Shown here one piece after another: positions 60,796 to 64,000 of a stretch of DNA of 64,000 nt. The DNA lies in the sequence record NC_023688.1; one strand, given 5' to 3'. The stretch's first letter is position 1. Every line of letters begins with the position of its first letter. A model generated the notes under the pieces. The model did no database searches, was not told the origin of the DNA, and saw nothing but the letters and a program-made list of their open reading frames with translations. The translations under genes were made by a program, and so were the position numbers.

Positions 60796-61851
60796 TCAGT
60801 TTTTCGTGAAAAAGTAACCAACAGCAACAGACGACCCGATACCAATGACCAGAGCAAGAATCACAACCCACATAGGCGGCTCGCTTTGATCTTTCAGATA
60901 TTCAAACTGTTCCATAGGCAATCTGTTATACTTGTTGGCGATAATATTAACTTGTTTTTTCAGCAAGTCAAGCGTTATTTCTTTATCAATCGATTCATTT
61001 CGCAAAGTTACATGAAGTTCCTGATTTCCCATGCCATTGCCTAAGCTAGTGCTTTGAAACCAAGTTACTTTGTTACCATCGACGCCATAAATCATGACAA
61101 CATCGTTTTTCTTACCACCTGACCAATTGTAAACCAGTGCATCAGCAAAGTCAATCGGATTTTTGGTCATTACCACAATAATGTTGATCTGTTTCTCTTT
61201 ACCAAGAGATTTCAACACGGTTTCGAGATACATGTTCCAATCTTTAGTATCCGCACCTGTAAAGTTCAGAACTCGATTTATATTATAGTAATCATAGACT
61301 TCCGGGTATTTCGGAATCTCGTTCTTGTATTTCTCAATCAGCTTCGGATCATGAGCAAACAGAGAATCTGGTGCTGCTTTGATGTAGTTGGTATAACCGT
61401 GTTCAGCAGCAGCGGGATCACCAATTTGAACTTTGGTGAAGCGCGGAGGCTCAAGAGTACCACGACGATCAATACGATCAATTTCGAAGTTACCAACGGT
61501 CGTTTTTACATCCCAGTCCCAGTCGTTCGAATGTTCATAGCATGTATCACACTCTCTGGTAGTTGAGCAAGAACGAGACTTACCGGAACCAGAACAAGAA
61601 CGAACTTGACGACACCGACATTCATAGCTATGTGAGCAACTAACATAAGTTTGTTGTTTGGACGTCACGTAACCACTCAGGATCTCGGTATCGTACATCG
61701 CACGATAAGCACCAAGTCCGTACACCATGCCAGTCAATGCCACAGCAATGGCAGCGTTTGCCGCCATTTCACCATAGGTATACTCACGCTTAAACCAGAA
61801 CTTGTATACGAATGGTATAAGCAGTGGTACGATCAGAATCAAATAAAACAT
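60796..61851 (-). CDS. Multi-TM protein with Cys-rich periplasmic loop (TPM-like), partner of LemA-like gene
   Basis: TMs at both ends; CSHSYECRC...C..C..C; KKNDVV. Confidence 0.65.
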   Translation of the reverse strand: MFYLILIVPLLIPFVYKFWFKREYTYGEMAANAAIAVALTGMVYGLGAYRAMYDTEILSGYVTSKQQTYVSCSHSYECRCRQVRSCSGSGKSRSCSTTRECDTCYEHSNDWDWDVKTTVGNFEIDRIDRRGTLEPPRFTKVQIGDPAAAEHGYTNYIKAAPDSLFAHDPKLIEKYKNEIPKYPEVYDYYNINRVLNFTGADTKDWNMYLETVLKSLGKEKQINIIVVMTKNPIDFADALVYNWSGGKKNDVVMIYGVDGNKVTWFQSTSLGNGMGNQELHVTLRNESIDKEITLDLLKKQVNIIANKYNRLPMEQFEYLKDQSEPPMWVVILALVIGIGSSVAVGYFFTKN

Positions 61852-61872
61852 TATGTTATCCTCACACTTGAT

Positions 61873-62073
61873 TTATTTTTTGACGAAACCCATTGATTCG
61901 AGCTTTTCGCCATGCCACTTGTTGAATTGAATTCCATAGTACACATTCAGAGACAGAATTGCAACTGTAGAAATCAACTTTATGATAAGTTGTTCAGTGC
62001 TGATGATTGGACCAGCAGCAACACCGGAGCAAATCAACAGTGCTAGAGCGTATACGCCAGCATAATTCCACAT
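61873..62073 (-). CDS. Small two-TM protein
   Basis: Hydrophobic ORF. Confidence 0.6.
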   Translation of the reverse strand: MWNYAGVYALALLICSGVAAGPIISTEQLIIKLISTVAILSLNVYYGIQFNKWHGEKLESMGFVKK

Positions 62074-62182
62074 CTTGTTATAATCAGCTCAGAACCAAGT
62101 GCCGAAGAATGCAGCTCAAGAAAACCCGTCTTTCACTCGCACAGATTCGCCTGTGCTTGATGATACTCAATAAATTTTTTCA

Positions 62183-63226
62183 TCACTTCACCAATACGTC
62201 TGCGATTTTGTTGATTCGGTCACACATCATCGCGTTACCGAGTTCTTTACCTTTGAGATAGTAATTGATAGCACTCACGCTATCAAATGCTTTTTCGGCA
62301 GCTTCGAACTTTTCTTTGCTGACTTCATTTTCATCAACAAAGTAGTTCTTGATCTCTTCGCGGAACTTATTCCGAGTTGAGTTCAAAGCTGTATACAGTC
62401 TAACGTTCAACGCGCTATCTTGCAAGCTATTTCGAACGATATCAACAAACTTTTTGAATTCACATGGAACCTTCACAATCGAATAGAAATGATCGCGAGC
62501 TTTCATGTCCATATGATTGATCATTGCCGCAAATTGTTCAACTGGTGAACTGTTTTTGTGACCGTGATCCATCCACAACGTATTGATTTTTACGTCATTA
62601 ACGAAACGACCGCCGATGTCCAATGCCTTGACTGCACCGGATAAAGTCAGATGCGCAAGGAAATCGTCAAACTTAGAACCAAACGACTTTTCGAATTCAA
62701 GCCAGATTCGCTCCGAAGTAAGATGTTCCATTCGTCCGTCTTTGATGCATCGAAGAATGCATTCCATTGTGAGTGTAGAAAGACGGAAATCATAACGCGC
62801 TGCAAATCGACAAGCACGAAGAACACGAACTGGATCTTCATGAAACGCTTGTGGATTTACTACGTTCACCACACGATCTTTGATGTCTTGTTGTCCATTG
62901 TACGGATCAACGACCACACCGTTAAGTCCAAGCGCCATTGCATTCATAGTGAAATCGCGACGTTTCAGATCTTGTTCGAGTGTGACATTCGGATTAAAGT
63001 CGGTAACGAAATCGTTATACCCTTTGCCGGTAGAACGTTCGGTACGTGCCAGCGCATATTCCTGACCCAAATGATCAAGATAAACTGGGAAATCAGCGCC
63101 GACTTGCTTGTAACCTTTTGCGATCATTTCGTCATGAGTAGAACCAACCACAACATAATCGCGATCTTTCGGTTCACGATTCATTACCATATCGCGAACT
63201 GCACCACCAACCAAATAAATGTTCAA
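62183..63226 (-). CDS. cca: tRNA nucleotidyltransferase (CCA-adding enzyme family)
   Basis: YLVGGAVRD, DRDYVV, EYALARTE, DLKRRDFTMNAMA, FHEDPVRVLRACRFAAR. Confidence 0.93.
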   Translation of the reverse strand: MNIYLVGGAVRDMVMNREPKDRDYVVVGSTHDEMIAKGYKQVGADFPVYLDHLGQEYALARTERSTGKGYNDFVTDFNPNVTLEQDLKRRDFTMNAMALGLNGVVVDPYNGQQDIKDRVVNVVNPQAFHEDPVRVLRACRFAARYDFRLSTLTMECILRCIKDGRMEHLTSERIWLEFEKSFGSKFDDFLAHLTLSGAVKALDIGGRFVNDVKINTLWMDHGHKNSSPVEQFAAMINHMDMKARDHFYSIVKVPCEFKKFVDIVRNSLQDSALNVRLYTALNSTRNKFREEIKNYFVDENEVSKEKFEAAEKAFDSVSAINYYLKGKELGNAMMCDRINKIADVLVK

Positions 63227-63462
63227 TATTGTATCCTCACTCGATAGAATTCGGTTAGGTAACGAGCCCAGTTATCATGAACAGACAACGTGGGATTACC
63301 ATTACCACGAGGGATAGTTTGACACATCATGATGTAGTCGTCAAGCTTGGCAAACGTTTCCACTGCTAGTAATTTGACGGCAGGATCGTTTTTTGTCATC
63401 GACTCGTTAATGTCATAACGAAGTTTGTACGCTTGATCGTATGTAAAGTTAATCATTACCAA
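63223..63462 (-). CDS. Hypothetical protein
   Basis: Coupled ORF. Confidence 0.6.
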   Translation of the reverse strand: MVMINFTYDQAYKLRYDINESMTKNDPAVKLLAVETFAKLDDYIMMCQTIPRGNGNPTLSVHDNWARYLTEFYRVRIQY

Positions 63463-63713
63463 TCCTTACTTGCTTGTACCAGGTGTTTGATTGCATCGAA
63501 CGAACGAGCGTCCATTGTCAACGTAGTGCCGCCAACTGATGATTCCAGAGTTTCAACAACATAGACCAGATTGTCGATTTTGCGACCGATACTTTCGAGA
63601 ATCGAGGAATCAACACTGCCAATAATACGCCATTTTTCTCGATCATTCAACATGATTTCGATCAGTTCGTTAACTTTTTTCGCGGCATTATACCCGAGTG
63701 TATAACCAAACAT
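63456..63713 (-). CDS. Hypothetical protein
   Basis: AAGGA RBS. Confidence 0.6.
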   Translation of the reverse strand: MFGYTLGYNAAKKVNELIEIMLNDREKWRIIGSVDSSILESIGRKIDNLVYVVETLESSVGGTTLTMDARSFDAIKHLVQASKDW

Positions 63714-63722
63714 AAATGGTCC

Positions 63723-63872
63723 TTAGAGCTTGTGATGAACGTAAAACAATGCCATAGATGCAACCAACTCGCCAGCAATAATCCAGTTGAGTTCGTATCC
63801 GTTTTGTGCAATAGTCATGCCAGCAAGCATACCCAACATCATAGCCAGAGTTTGTGTCATTGATTTCAACAT
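63723..63872 (-). CDS. 49-aa hydrophobic protein (not in ORF track)
   Basis: GAGAGG RBS; MLKSMTQTLAMMLGMLAG...HHKL. Confidence 0.6.
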   Translation of the reverse strand: MLKSMTQTLAMMLGMLAGMTIAQNGYELNWIIAGELVASMALFYVHHKL

Positions 63873-64000
63873 CTTAATTCCTCTCTTGATTTTTAACATT
63901 TATCATAGCGTGAACAATGAACGGAATATAACGCGCTTCAATGTCAAGGCGATTTTCGGTTTTGTTCATCAGTGTGGTACCGATAAGCTCACACAACTTA

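Overview
This is a 64-kb segment of a large T4-like (Straboviridae-type) myophage genome. Its gene content and very long Wac resemble, from memory, Aeromonas Aeh1-type phages; no search was run. Positions 1-25.5 kb (+ strand) hold the virion/packaging cluster (gp10-12, wac plus accessory fibre genes, gp13-24), driven by CTAAATA-type late promoters. Positions 25.5-64 kb are mostly minus-strand early/middle genes: inh, rnlB, uvsW/uvsY, dda, alt, gp30 ligase, 30.2/30.3, rIII, gp31, cd, pseT, spanins, a macrodomain, NMNAT-Nudix, a CCA-adding enzyme and many small ORFs. The main observations are: (1) the large terminase gp17 is fractured by an atypically split AceL-TerL-type intein (33-aa IntN), and its C-half begins with a GIY-YIG endonuclease fused in frame to IntC; (2) an unannotated 55-codon frame lies directly behind the rIII UGA stop and encodes a peptide resembling the phage's own major capsid protein; (3) a perfect 20-bp tandem duplication frameshifts a whisker-associated gene; (4) a ~120-bp palindrome-rich non-coding element occurs twice, 40 kb apart; (5) there is a truncated Hef-like endonuclease and several tandem paralog arrays. 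No tRNA, rRNA or CRISPR array was recognised. All protein assignments come from motif recognition, not database searches.
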